Positions 37,033-43,985 of a DNA stretch of 43,985 nucleotides are shown in pieces. The translations under genes were made by a program, and so were the position numbers. Location: positions 1 through 43,985 of the IMG/VR virus record IMGVR_UViG_3300048599_000728; one strand, 5' to 3'. Every line of letters starts with the position of its first letter. The stretch's first letter is position 1. The stretch comes from a virus. Taxonomy: Duplodnaviria > Caudoviricetes. The notes beneath the pieces were generated by a model, which saw only the letters and a program-made list of their open reading frames with translations, was not told the DNA's origin and did not search any database.

Positions 37033-37230
37033 TCATACCACAGCCTCCGAGGGAAGAAGGTCTTCTAAGGCAACGCCCGTTTCTCGCCCTATGGCTAACG
37101 CTAGAGAGAGAGATGGCGTGGCCTTTCCGCTCCTCAACTTCGTGATCATTGATCGATGACAACCGACGCGGCATGCCAGCTCGGCATCCGTCAAACCTGC
37201 TTTGTCCATTCGTTCGGCGAGAGGCGTCAT
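37033..37230 (-). CDS. cro: Cro-like XRE regulator
   Basis: LTDAELACRVGCHRSMITKLRSGKATPSLSLA HTH; divergent from the repressor. Confidence 0.82.
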   Translation of the reverse strand: MTPLAERMDKAGLTDAELACRVGCHRSMITKLRSGKATPSLSLALAIGRETGVALEDLLPSEAVV

Positions 37231-37240
37231 AAGCTGAAGT

Positions 37241-37289
37241 GTGAATGGCATGAACGTGAATGTCAAGCACTCATGTGAATGTCATTCCG
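37241..37289. promoter_or_regulatory. OR-like operators (3 x 15 bp) and cro promoter
   Basis: GTGAATGGCATGAAC 37241-55, GTGAATGTCAAGCAC 37256-70, GTGAATGTCATTCCG 37275-89; minus-strand TTGACA at 37266-37261. Confidence 0.8.
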
Positions 37290-37323
37290 TCGACCGGGCG
37301 CGGACAAGATGCGAGACTTAGAA

Positions 37324-37761
37324 ATGGCACCCGTAAAGAAGCCTCGTCCAGTTCTTGGCCCTACCTTCCTAAAACGCTGGAGGGAACACCAAGGTATCCC
37401 TCAGCAGTCCGCGGCGGACGCGATCGGTGTGTCCCGCACATTACTTTCAAAGATGGAAGGCTCCAGCAGCCCCTACCTCCAGCCATACCTGGAGGGGCTG
37501 GCAAAGCTGTACGGATGCACTCCGGCGGACCTATTGAGCAAAGATCCTGCTGCGCCCGCTCCGCTTGCCCCGTTAATTCGGACCGAACCCGAGATCTTGG
37601 CAATGCTGGCGCGCATCGACGGCCTGACGGACACAGATATCAATATCGCGTTTGGTGTGATCAAGCTTGCTTTGGCTAAACGGGGCGGATCAGGACGAGA
37701 GGAACAGAGTGATCAATCTGAGCCTGCCAGTCCCCGCCATGAAGTAGTGCCATCGCGGTAG
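37324..37761 (+). CDS. cI: CI-like XRE repressor without peptidase domain
   Basis: LKRWREHQGIPQQSAADAIGVSRTLLSKMEG...LAKLYGCTPADLL; start could be 37309. Confidence 0.82.
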   Translation: MAPVKKPRPVLGPTFLKRWREHQGIPQQSAADAIGVSRTLLSKMEGSSSPYLQPYLEGLAKLYGCTPADLLSKDPAAPAPLAPLIRTEPEILAMLARIDGLTDTDINIAFGVIKLALAKRGGSGREEQSDQSEPASPRHEVVPSR

Positions 37762-37897
37762 AAAGTTCGGCCGCCTTCCGCTTCACAATCATCTTCGGGT
37801 CGAGCGGCGCAGCTGCGCCCGCAGATTCGCGCAAACGCGCAACAATCTCTTCATTTCGAGTAAGGTACTTCGGACGAATTCTGTGATTGATCGCCAT
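37676..37897 (-). CDS. Small hypothetical protein overlapping the cI 3' end
   Basis: GGAAGGGAG RBS; 73 aa; AMALLHGGDWQAQIDH. Confidence 0.55.
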   Translation of the reverse strand: MAINHRIRPKYLTRNEEIVARLRESAGAAAPLDPKMIVKRKAAELSTAMALLHGGDWQAQIDHSVPLVLIRPV

Positions 37898-38025
37898 GCC
37901 CGCGCGCTCCCTTCCAAGGAAATAGGAAAGACTTCCTTCGCGAGAGAGTCAAGAACGAAAACCGAACAAAGCCCTCCTCCGACGCTCCTGTCGATTCGCC
38001 GAGTATGACTGGCTGATCGATATAT

Positions 38026-38077
38026 GTTCATGATATTCACGTTATCGCTTGACGTATATGTGAATGTGATGCACGAT
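38026..38077 (+). promoter_or_regulatory. OL-like operators (2 x 15 bp) and early promoter
   Basis: GTTCATGATATTCAC 38026-40, GTGAATGTGATGCAC 38060-74; TTGACG 38049-54, 17 bp, CACGAT 38072-77. Confidence 0.78.
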
Positions 38078-38105
38078 TTACTCCATCACCCCGATGGAGG
38101 CTTTC

Positions 38106-38261
38106 ATGCGTCATCAACCGGATCTCGCGCCGCAGCGTCGCCAGGACGCATCTGACGACTTCCTGTTTCAGGACATCGCATCCGCCCTCGCGGTCTTCGC
38201 CTTCTGCGGCGCCGTCGCCTTCGTGCTGACGGCTGCGCTCCTGCCTGAGTTGCCGGCATGA
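38106..38261 (+). CDS. Small membrane protein (51 aa; not in the ORF track)
   Basis: GGAGG RBS; MRHQPDLAPQRRQDASDDFLFQDIASALAVFAFCGAVAFVLTAALLPELPA*. Confidence 0.65.
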   Translation: MRHQPDLAPQRRQDASDDFLFQDIASALAVFAFCGAVAFVLTAALLPELPA

Positions 38262-38428
38262 CCCCCGCCGATGCGCTTACCGCCATCCGCGACATGGTCG
38301 AGGCCGCCGAGATGCAGGGGTGGGATGGCATCCCCGACCTCAAATCGGCACTCGACGCCGGGCGCGAGGCCTATGCGGCGCTCTGCGTCGTGATGGCCGA
38401 CGCTTGCGACGACGAGGTGACGTCGTGA
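38258..38428 (+). CDS. Small acidic hypothetical protein (56 aa; not in the ORF track)
   Basis: ATGA and GTGA coupled; MTPADALTAIRDMVEAAEMQGWD... Confidence 0.62.
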   Translation: MTPADALTAIRDMVEAAEMQGWDGIPDLKSALDAGREAYAALCVVMADACDDEVTS

Positions 38429-38685
38429 GCGACCGCACCCCCGTCCACGTCTTCGGCGAAGCACTTGCCCCTGATCAGCGTGGCCATGCCGCTGACTTTG
38501 ATGAATGCCTGTCGTGGCCGCATTGCGCTTGCATCCGCCTATGCGCGACCTCGCCCGACACCGCCCCGCGCTTCGGTGCGATGTTCTGGGTGGCGCTGGC
38601 CATTGGCTGCGTCCTGCCCGTTCTGTTCAGCGCAGCTCTTCTCTCCATCGCCTTCTTTCCCGATATCTGGAGTTCCCTCCGATGA
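38425..38685 (+). CDS. Small protein with Cys cluster and C-terminal TM
   Basis: GAGG RBS, GTG start; CLSWPHCACIRLC, then FWVALAIGCVLPVLFSAALLSIAFF. Confidence 0.6.
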   Translation: MSDRTPVHVFGEALAPDQRGHAADFDECLSWPHCACIRLCATSPDTAPRFGAMFWVALAIGCVLPVLFSAALLSIAFFPDIWSSLR

Positions 38686-39224
38686 ACATGCTTCATGTCG
38701 AGCCGCGCCTGAATGGCCGGCCATATGCCACAGCTCGCCCCTGCCACCCCGAAGGCGATGACGTCCCGCATCCGCGCGCCATCGAGATGGCTGAGAAAAT
38801 GCGCGAGGCGGCGGCATTTGGCGGCGTCACCTTCGCAGACATTGTCCAGGCGGGCTTCTCCACCGCGGAGATCATCGAGCACGAGCCGATCGCCAGGAAG
38901 ATCGCCGCCGCGAGCATCGTGCGGCAGATCGCGCCGACCCACGATCGCCTCGCCGATATCGTCATCAAGGCCATCGCTGCAGCCGCGCATGCCATGCCCG
39001 TGATGGCCGGCGCTTCAGCGATCGACGGTGACGGTGTCGATCGCTGGGGGCGCTACTGCACGGCGCGCGCCGCCTTCAAGATCGATCCGTGGGTCTCGCA
39101 GCGCGAGCGCTGCCTCGCCCTTCTCAGGACGTTCCTGCACGCCCTGCCGCTGCTGCCGAGAGAGGCCAACCAAATCATCCATGCTGTCGCAGCGGCGATG
39201 AAGACCGAAGGGAGGCACGCATGA
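38682..39224 (+). CDS. Hypothetical protein
   Basis: ATGA-coupled at both ends; 180 aa. Confidence 0.68.
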   Translation: MNMLHVEPRLNGRPYATARPCHPEGDDVPHPRAIEMAEKMREAAAFGGVTFADIVQAGFSTAEIIEHEPIARKIAAASIVRQIAPTHDRLADIVIKAIAAAAHAMPVMAGASAIDGDGVDRWGRYCTARAAFKIDPWVSQRERCLALLRTFLHALPLLPREANQIIHAVAAAMKTEGRHA

Positions 39225-39856
39225 CCGTCGCCGCCCCGTCGATCTGGCAGCAGACATGGAGCGGCAAGGTATTCCCTCTCCCGGCCTTCTTGCCGGATGA
39301 CGTCGACCTGTTCGGCGATGTCGCCGAAAGCCTCGCACGCACCTGCCGCTACGGCGGCCATGTCAGCGGACCCGCCTATTCGGTGGCGCAACACTGCGCC
39401 ATCGGCGCCGATGCCGCGATGGACGAGACCGGCGACGCCAACCTCGCCGCCTATATCCTCCTGCACGATGCGCACGAGTTCATCGTCGGCGACATCACGC
39501 GTCCGGTCCAGATATGGCTCCAGGATATCGAGCGGGAACTGTTCGGTTCCCGCGATGTCGTCCGCTCGCTGATCGCAACGGCCAAGTCGCGTCTCGACGA
39601 GGTGATCTGGCGCGCAGCTGGAATGCCGCCCCCCGGCAGGACCTACCGCCAGCAGATCGACGACTACGACACGCGCCTTCTGGCAACAGAGCGCCGTCAG
39701 TTGCTCGCACCATCTCCGATCAGCTGGGGCGCCGATGTCGAGATGGCAAAACCAATTCGCCTGCGGGGTGCACTGCGGGCGTGGCCTGTCGCGCGAGCGG
39801 CCGAAGAGTATCGCGCCCGTCTCGAGACCCTGTGTCCCGCCGCCCGGAGGATCTGA
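39221..39856 (+). CDS. HD-domain 5'-deoxynucleotidase-like protein
   Basis: RYGGH, YSVAQH, LLHDAHE and GDITRP motifs. Confidence 0.85.
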   Translation: MTVAAPSIWQQTWSGKVFPLPAFLPDDVDLFGDVAESLARTCRYGGHVSGPAYSVAQHCAIGADAAMDETGDANLAAYILLHDAHEFIVGDITRPVQIWLQDIERELFGSRDVVRSLIATAKSRLDEVIWRAAGMPPPGRTYRQQIDDYDTRLLATERRQLLAPSPISWGADVEMAKPIRLRGALRAWPVARAAEEYRARLETLCPAARRI

Positions 39857-39858
39857 TC

Positions 39859-40350
39859 GTGATACTCGTCAAGGTAGCTTTCCAGTCCGCCGCGAACGCG
39901 CGCTCGTCGATCGTCCATCTGGATCAGGAGTTCGGCATCGACCCCGTCGAGCTGGTGCGGTCCCTCGACACCGACGATTGCCGCGAACTGCTTGAAGCGG
40001 TCGCCCTCGTGATGGATGGCTCCGAGGTTGTCGACGCGTTCGAAGACCAATCAGCAGTAGCGACGAAATACGAAGGGCGCGATGTCCTGCCGCTGACCAG
40101 TCGCGGAACAGTCCTGATGGATTGCTTCGTCGAACGCGCACGACAGCTCGGTCGTCTGCCCGGCGACTATGTCAGCGAGGCGATGATGGAATTCGCCTCC
40201 GATATCGATCGGCTCCACGAGGCGATCTGCGACGGTCGCACGGACGATGCCTGCGCCCTGCTGCGCCAGATGGCGCCCGACCACGATTTCATGAGTGACG
40301 CCGCCCGGATCATGCTGGCGCGAGGCCGAGTGCAGGAGGCCCTGCTGTGA
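39859..40350 (+). CDS. Hypothetical acidic protein
   Basis: GGAGGA RBS then GTG; GTGA overlap with the clamp gene. Confidence 0.6.
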   Translation: MILVKVAFQSAANARSSIVHLDQEFGIDPVELVRSLDTDDCRELLEAVALVMDGSEVVDAFEDQSAVATKYEGRDVLPLTSRGTVLMDCFVERARQLGRLPGDYVSEAMMEFASDIDRLHEAICDGRTDDACALLRQMAPDHDFMSDAARIMLARGRVQEALL

Positions 40351-41513
40351 AGATCGAATTCGACATCCCCGCGTTCGCCGAGGCCGCCAGGATCGTTCGG
40401 CAGGTGCCGCCATCCTCGATGCAGATCGATATCCTCGACCATGCACGCATGGAGGTCGCAGCCGGACGCCTTACCCTCACAATGTCGGACGGCGACATCG
40501 AGGCATGTGTCGGCATCGATGTCGCCGCGAGCGATCCGGTGCTCGTGGCCGTGCCCCGCGCAGTGCTCGATTTCATCGCCTTGCGCGCGGATGGCGGCGA
40601 CACGACCGGATCCATGGAGTTCAGGGAAGAAGCCGGAACGATCAGGGAAGTAACCGCCCGCGCCGGACGCGCCCGCATCACCATGCCCGTCCTCCCCGGC
40701 AATGACTTCCCGGTCCTTGCCGACATCGACCCGCAATGGTCGTTCAACATACGCGCACACGAGTTTGCGGATCCTCTGCGTCGGCTGGAGCGCGCGATGC
40801 TCCCCAAGGCACCGCACATATGGATGGATGGGGCGTATCTTCACAAATCGGCATCGCCGAGCCTGATCGGCACCGACGGCAATCGGCTTCATCTTATCGA
40901 GATCGATGGCCTTGAGATCGATGGATCATTGCCCCGTCACCCATCGCAGCCGGCCGATGGTATGCCCGGCGTTGTGATCCCGTCCCGTGCGGTGAAGGAG
41001 TATCTGCGAATCTTCGGCGACGACGAGAGCGATGTCCATATCACCGGCAGCGCCAGGATGATCGCTTTCAGCGGCGACAGTATCCGCCTCGCCTCCAAGC
41101 TCATTGACGCAGCGTTCTTCGACTACCGGCGAATGATGAAGCCTCAACCAGAGGCACGCACCATGGTCTCGGCAGAACATCTCACAAGAGCTGTCCGCAG
41201 CCTGCTGGTCGTCCCGAAAACGGAAGCCAAGGGCAAAAAGGCCACCGTGCGCGCTGTCACCCTCACGATCGGTTCCGACGAAATCCGCATGGTCGCACGC
41301 GGCGATGTCGGCGACAGCGAGGAGACCGTCGAGGCTGAAACGATCGGTATGGAAGGCCAGTCGATCACGGTGAACGCCCGATACCTGACCGATGCGATCG
41401 ATGCTCTCGGCTGCGCCACCATCGCAATCCACCCGCCGGATGAAATCGGCAAGCCATTTCATGTCAGCGGCCGCGATGGCGTCACGATCGCAATCGGACA
41501 GCGCGCACCATGA
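40347..41513 (+). CDS. dnaN: DNA polymerase III beta sliding clamp homologue
   Basis: 388 aa three-domain pattern; [21 protein letters not shown] and VNARYLTD motifs. Confidence 0.85.
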   Translation: MKIEFDIPAFAEAARIVRQVPPSSMQIDILDHARMEVAAGRLTLTMSDGDIEACVGIDVAASDPVLVAVPRAVLDFIALRADGGDTTGSMEFREEAGTIREVTARAGRARITMPVLPGNDFPVLADIDPQWSFNIRAHEFADPLRRLERAMLPKAPHIWMDGAYLHKSASPSLIGTDGNRLHLIEIDGLEIDGSLPRHPSQPADGMPGVVIPSRAVKEYLRIFGDDESDVHITGSARMIAFSGDSIRLASKLIDAAFFDYRRMMKPQPEARTMVSAEHLTRAVRSLLVVPKTEAKGKKATVRAVTLTIGSDEIRMVARGDVGDSEETVEAETIGMEGQSITVNARYLTDAIDALGCATIAIHPPDEIGKPFHVSGRDGVTIAIGQRAP

Positions 41514-41542
41514 ACCTTAAACCATCCATGATGGAGACAACC

Positions 41543-41806
41543 ATGTCAGACGACATCACCGCAGAATCCGCCCAGACTGTAGCCGCCGGCCAGCTTCGCT
41601 CGTTCATCGAACGTATCGAACGCCTCGAGGAAGAGAAGAAGACCACTGCCGACGACATCAAGGAGGTCTTCGCCGAGGCCAAGGGCACCGGCTTTGACAC
41701 CAAGGCGATGCGGACCCTTATCCGCCTGAGGAAAAAGGACCAGGCAGAGCGGGAGGAAGAGGAAGCGATCCTTGACCTCTACATGGCCGCGCTGGGGATA
41801 GCCTGA
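41543..41806 (+). CDS. gapR: GapR-like (DUF2312) DNA-binding protein
   Basis: [16 protein letters not shown]...[15 protein letters not shown]...LDLYMAALG. Confidence 0.9.
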   Translation: MSDDITAESAQTVAAGQLRSFIERIERLEEEKKTTADDIKEVFAEAKGTGFDTKAMRTLIRLRKKDQAEREEEEAILDLYMAALGIA

Positions 41807-41808
41807 CC

Positions 41809-42321
41809 ATGGCCGGCTCCGTCAACAAGGTCATACTCGTGGGCAACCTCGGCGCCGATCCCGAGATCCGTCGCACACAGGCGGGTGATCCCGTCGCATC
41901 GTTCCGCATCGCCACATCCGAATCATGGCGTGACAAGAACACCGGCGAACGCAAGGAAAAGACCGAATGGCATTCGGTCGTGGTCTTCAATGAACAACTT
42001 GCCGACGTCGTCGAGAAATACGCGAAGAAGGGCGCCAAGGTCTATGTCGAGGGTCAGCTCCAGACCCGCAAATGGCAGGATCAGTCGGGGCTTGATCGCT
42101 ACACGACCGAGATCGTCCTGAACCGTTTCCGTGGCGAGATCCAGCTTCTCGACAAGGCGCCGTCAAACCGGCCGCCGGCCGCCGATGATCCCGAAAGCTA
42201 CGGCACGCGGCGCGTCCGCGACGACGAAGCGGACCTTCGCCGCCAGTCCGAGGAACGGACACGGGCGGCACGGGACAACCGAAACCCGTCTCGCGATCTC
42301 GACGACGAGATTCCTTTCTGA
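41809..42321 (+). CDS. ssb: Single-stranded DNA-binding protein
   Basis: [16 protein letters not shown]...TEWH...[12 protein letters not shown]; C-terminal DDEIPF. Confidence 0.97.
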   Translation: MAGSVNKVILVGNLGADPEIRRTQAGDPVASFRIATSESWRDKNTGERKEKTEWHSVVVFNEQLADVVEKYAKKGAKVYVEGQLQTRKWQDQSGLDRYTTEIVLNRFRGEIQLLDKAPSNRPPAADDPESYGTRRVRDDEADLRRQSEERTRAARDNRNPSRDLDDEIPF

Positions 42322-42334
42322 TCCGGAGGATCCT

Positions 42335-42733
42335 ATGCCCGTCAAATATGTGGACTGGTACACGCGCGAACTGCTGCGCGCCGAGCCGGAAGCTCGCTTT
42401 GTCTTTGGCGACAATGTCGAGCGCATCGGCTTCGGTGGGCAGGCCGGCGCATGCCGTGGCGAGCCCAACGCGATCGGTGTCGCCACGCTCTATACGCCGG
42501 GCGATTACTACCGCGCCGGCGACCCCGACGCTCTGCGCGCCGTTATTGGCGACCTCCGCACGGTCGCCGACGCCCTCATGGCCAACCGAACGGTCTATGT
42601 GCCGCTCGACGGTCTCGGCACCGGCCTCGCCCGCCTCCCCGAACACGCGCCCGATCTGCATCGCCTGATCGTCGCATTTTTTCACGCCGCGCCGGGCGAT
42701 GTCTGCCCATGGCCGCTCACAAAGGAGCACTGA
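42335..42733 (+). CDS. Conserved phage protein (VFGDN...GGQA family)
   Basis: GGAGG RBS; FVFGDN..RIGFGGQA..CRGEPNAIGVAT...GLGTGLA. Confidence 0.75.
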   Translation: MPVKYVDWYTRELLRAEPEARFVFGDNVERIGFGGQAGACRGEPNAIGVATLYTPGDYYRAGDPDALRAVIGDLRTVADALMANRTVYVPLDGLGTGLARLPEHAPDLHRLIVAFFHAAPGDVCPWPLTKEH

Positions 42734-42738
42734 TCATC

Positions 42739-43743
42739 ATGGCCCGCCCGAAGAAGACTGCGGAAACCGCTGAAACGACTCGCGAAACCATCCTCGCCTA
42801 TAAGGGTTTCAACCCAGATTTTGCCTGCGCGCCGGACGGCAAAACTTATCAGTACGAGGTCGGTAAGACCTACCATCACGACGGCGAGGTCAAGGCCTGC
42901 GGCGCGGGATTCCACGCCTGTGAATACCCGTTGGACGTGCTGCGCTATTACGGACCGGCACATAACCGCTTTGCCATCGTAGAACTGGCCGGCCAGACCG
43001 CGCGCGAAAAAGACGGCGACAGCAAGATCGCGGCTGCCGAGATCACCATCAAGGCCGAAATCCGCCTGCCGGAATTGATCCAGGCAGCCATCAAATACGT
43101 CATGGACCGCGTGACGTGGATCGACGGCAGCTATGCGAGCGGCGAGCGCGAGGCCGTCAAGACCAGCAAGACCAATGGCGCTGCCACCGCATCCGGCACC
43201 CAGGGCGCTGCCACCGCATCGGGCGACTGGGGCGCTGCCACCGCATCGGGCGACTGTGGCGCTGCCACCGCATCAGGCGACTGGGGCGCTGCCACCGCAT
43301 CGGGCACCCGGGGCGCTGCCACCGCATCGGGCGACTGTGGCGCTGCCACCGCATCCGGCACCCGGGGCGCTGCCACCGCATCGGGCGAGGGCGGCGCTGC
43401 CACCGCATCGGGCACCCGGGGCGCTGCCACCGCATCGGGTTGGCGAGGCGCTGCCACCGCATCGGGCGACTGGGGCGCTGCCACCGCATCGGGCGACTGT
43501 GGCGCTGCCACCGCATCGGGTTGGCGAGGCGCTGCCACCGCATCGGGTTGGCGAGGCGCTGCCACCGCATCGGGCTATCAGGGCAAGGCCCGCAGCGCCG
43601 ACGGCGGCGCGCTCCTGCTCGTCGAGCGAGACAGCACCGGCAAGATCCTGCACGCATGGGGCGGCGTTGCCGGCCGCGACGGCATCAAGCCCATGACCTG
43701 GTATCGGCTCGAGGACGGCAAGCCCGTCGAGGTCGACGACTGA
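42739..43743 (+). CDS. Phage repeat protein (AYKGF...GFHAC N-terminal domain plus GAATASGxx repeats)
   Basis: AAGGAG RBS; AYKGF, QYEVG, CxxGFHACEYP; 15 nonapeptide repeats; C-terminal GIKPMTWYRL. Confidence 0.85.
   Translation: MARPKKTAETAETTRETILAYKGFNPDFACAPDGKTYQYEVGKTYHHDGEVKACGAGFHACEYPLDVLRYYGPAHNRFAIVELAGQTAREKDGDSKIAAAEITIKAEIRLPELIQAAIKYVMDRVTWIDGSYASGEREAVKTSKTNGAATASGTQGAATASGDWGAATASGDCGAATASGDWGAATASGTRGAATASGDCGAATASGTRGAATASGEGGAATASGTRGAATASGWRGAATASGDWGAATASGDCGAATASGWRGAATASGWRGAATASGYQGKARSADGGALLLVERDSTGKILHAWGGVAGRDGIKPMTWYRLEDGKPVEVDD
43177..43581 (+). repeat. Coding tandem repeat, 15 x 27 bp
   Basis: Invariant GGCGCTGCCACCGCATC core plus a variable 6-bp dipeptide. Confidence 0.97.
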
Positions 43744-43745
43744 CC

Positions 43746-43985
43746 ATGGCGCGCACGGCTCGGCGAAAGCCCGTCACAGTCGAGGAGATCGAGACATGGC
43801 TCGATTTTCTCGCCGGCCTGATGGAGCGCACCACGCGCCGACAGGCAGAACTGTACCTGCCTATTTGGCGCGCGCTCGAACGCGAGTTGGCCGCGCGCCG
43901 CGAGGCTGACGCCATCTTCGACGCGGTCCGAAAGCGCCATCAACGATCTGTGTCGACTAGCAACATCAACAGGCAGGCAGGTTGA
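43746..43985 (+). CDS. Hypothetical protein at the end of the early arm
   Basis: ATG 43746; VTVEEIE...YLPIWRALERELAARR; 79 aa. Confidence 0.68.
   Translation: MARTARRKPVTVEEIETWLDFLAGLMERTTRRQAELYLPIWRALERELAARREADAIFDAVRKRHQRSVSTSNINRQAG

Larger units (their letters stand above)
1..43985. mobile_element. Temperate siphovirus-like prophage, apparently complete gene set
   Basis: Integrase, lysis, tail, head, packaging, replication, immunity and early modules in lambdoid order; no host housekeeping operons; att sites not visible. Confidence 0.95.

Noticed and set aside
43177-43581. 27-bp repeat array as a CRISPR array
   Set aside because: Variable parts are only about 6-10 nt and are reused, the array is in frame within a CDS, and no cas genes are present
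43116-43745. RCHRIG-repeat reading frame as a Cys/His metal-binding protein
   Set aside because: Alternative frame of the 27-bp repeat; only the part from ATG 43746 looks like a gene
1-43985. attL/attR direct repeats, tRNA or other RNA genes
   Set aside because: The window starts and ends exactly at CDS boundaries; no terminal repeat or tRNA-like cloverleaf was found by eye

Overview
The window holds an apparently complete ~44 kb temperate siphovirus-type (pro)phage of high GC content. The host is inferred to be an alphaproteobacterium (Rhizobiales-like), from the GapR-like gene and the gene families present. Layout: tyrosine integrase (+, 1-1362); then a long minus-strand arm which, read in its direction of transcription, runs cro/cII-like, MazG-like, HNH, Toprim primase, SNF2-like helicase, two DNA methyltransferase-like genes, D5/P4 helicase, a candidate iteron origin, late regulator, HNH-cos-terS-terL, portal, S49 protease, HK97 capsid, neck, tail tube, frameshifted tail chaperones, tape measure with lysozyme domain, tail tip genes, SGNH tail spike and lysis cassette; then a cI-like repressor with five 15-bp operators; then a plus-strand early arm (HD nucleotidase, beta clamp, GapR-like, SSB, 27-bp-repeat protein). 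Most notable: (1) the tail spike appears to carry a circularly permuted SGNH esterase; (2) a 15 x 9-aa repeat protein has an invariant scaffold and a hypervariable dipeptide; (3) a GNAT acetyltransferase sits inside the tail tip operon; (4) two counter-oriented envelope-protein morons, one absent from the ORF track. All product calls come from motif recognition and synteny by eye; no database searches were run. No att sites, tRNA, CRISPR array or reverse transcriptase were identified.
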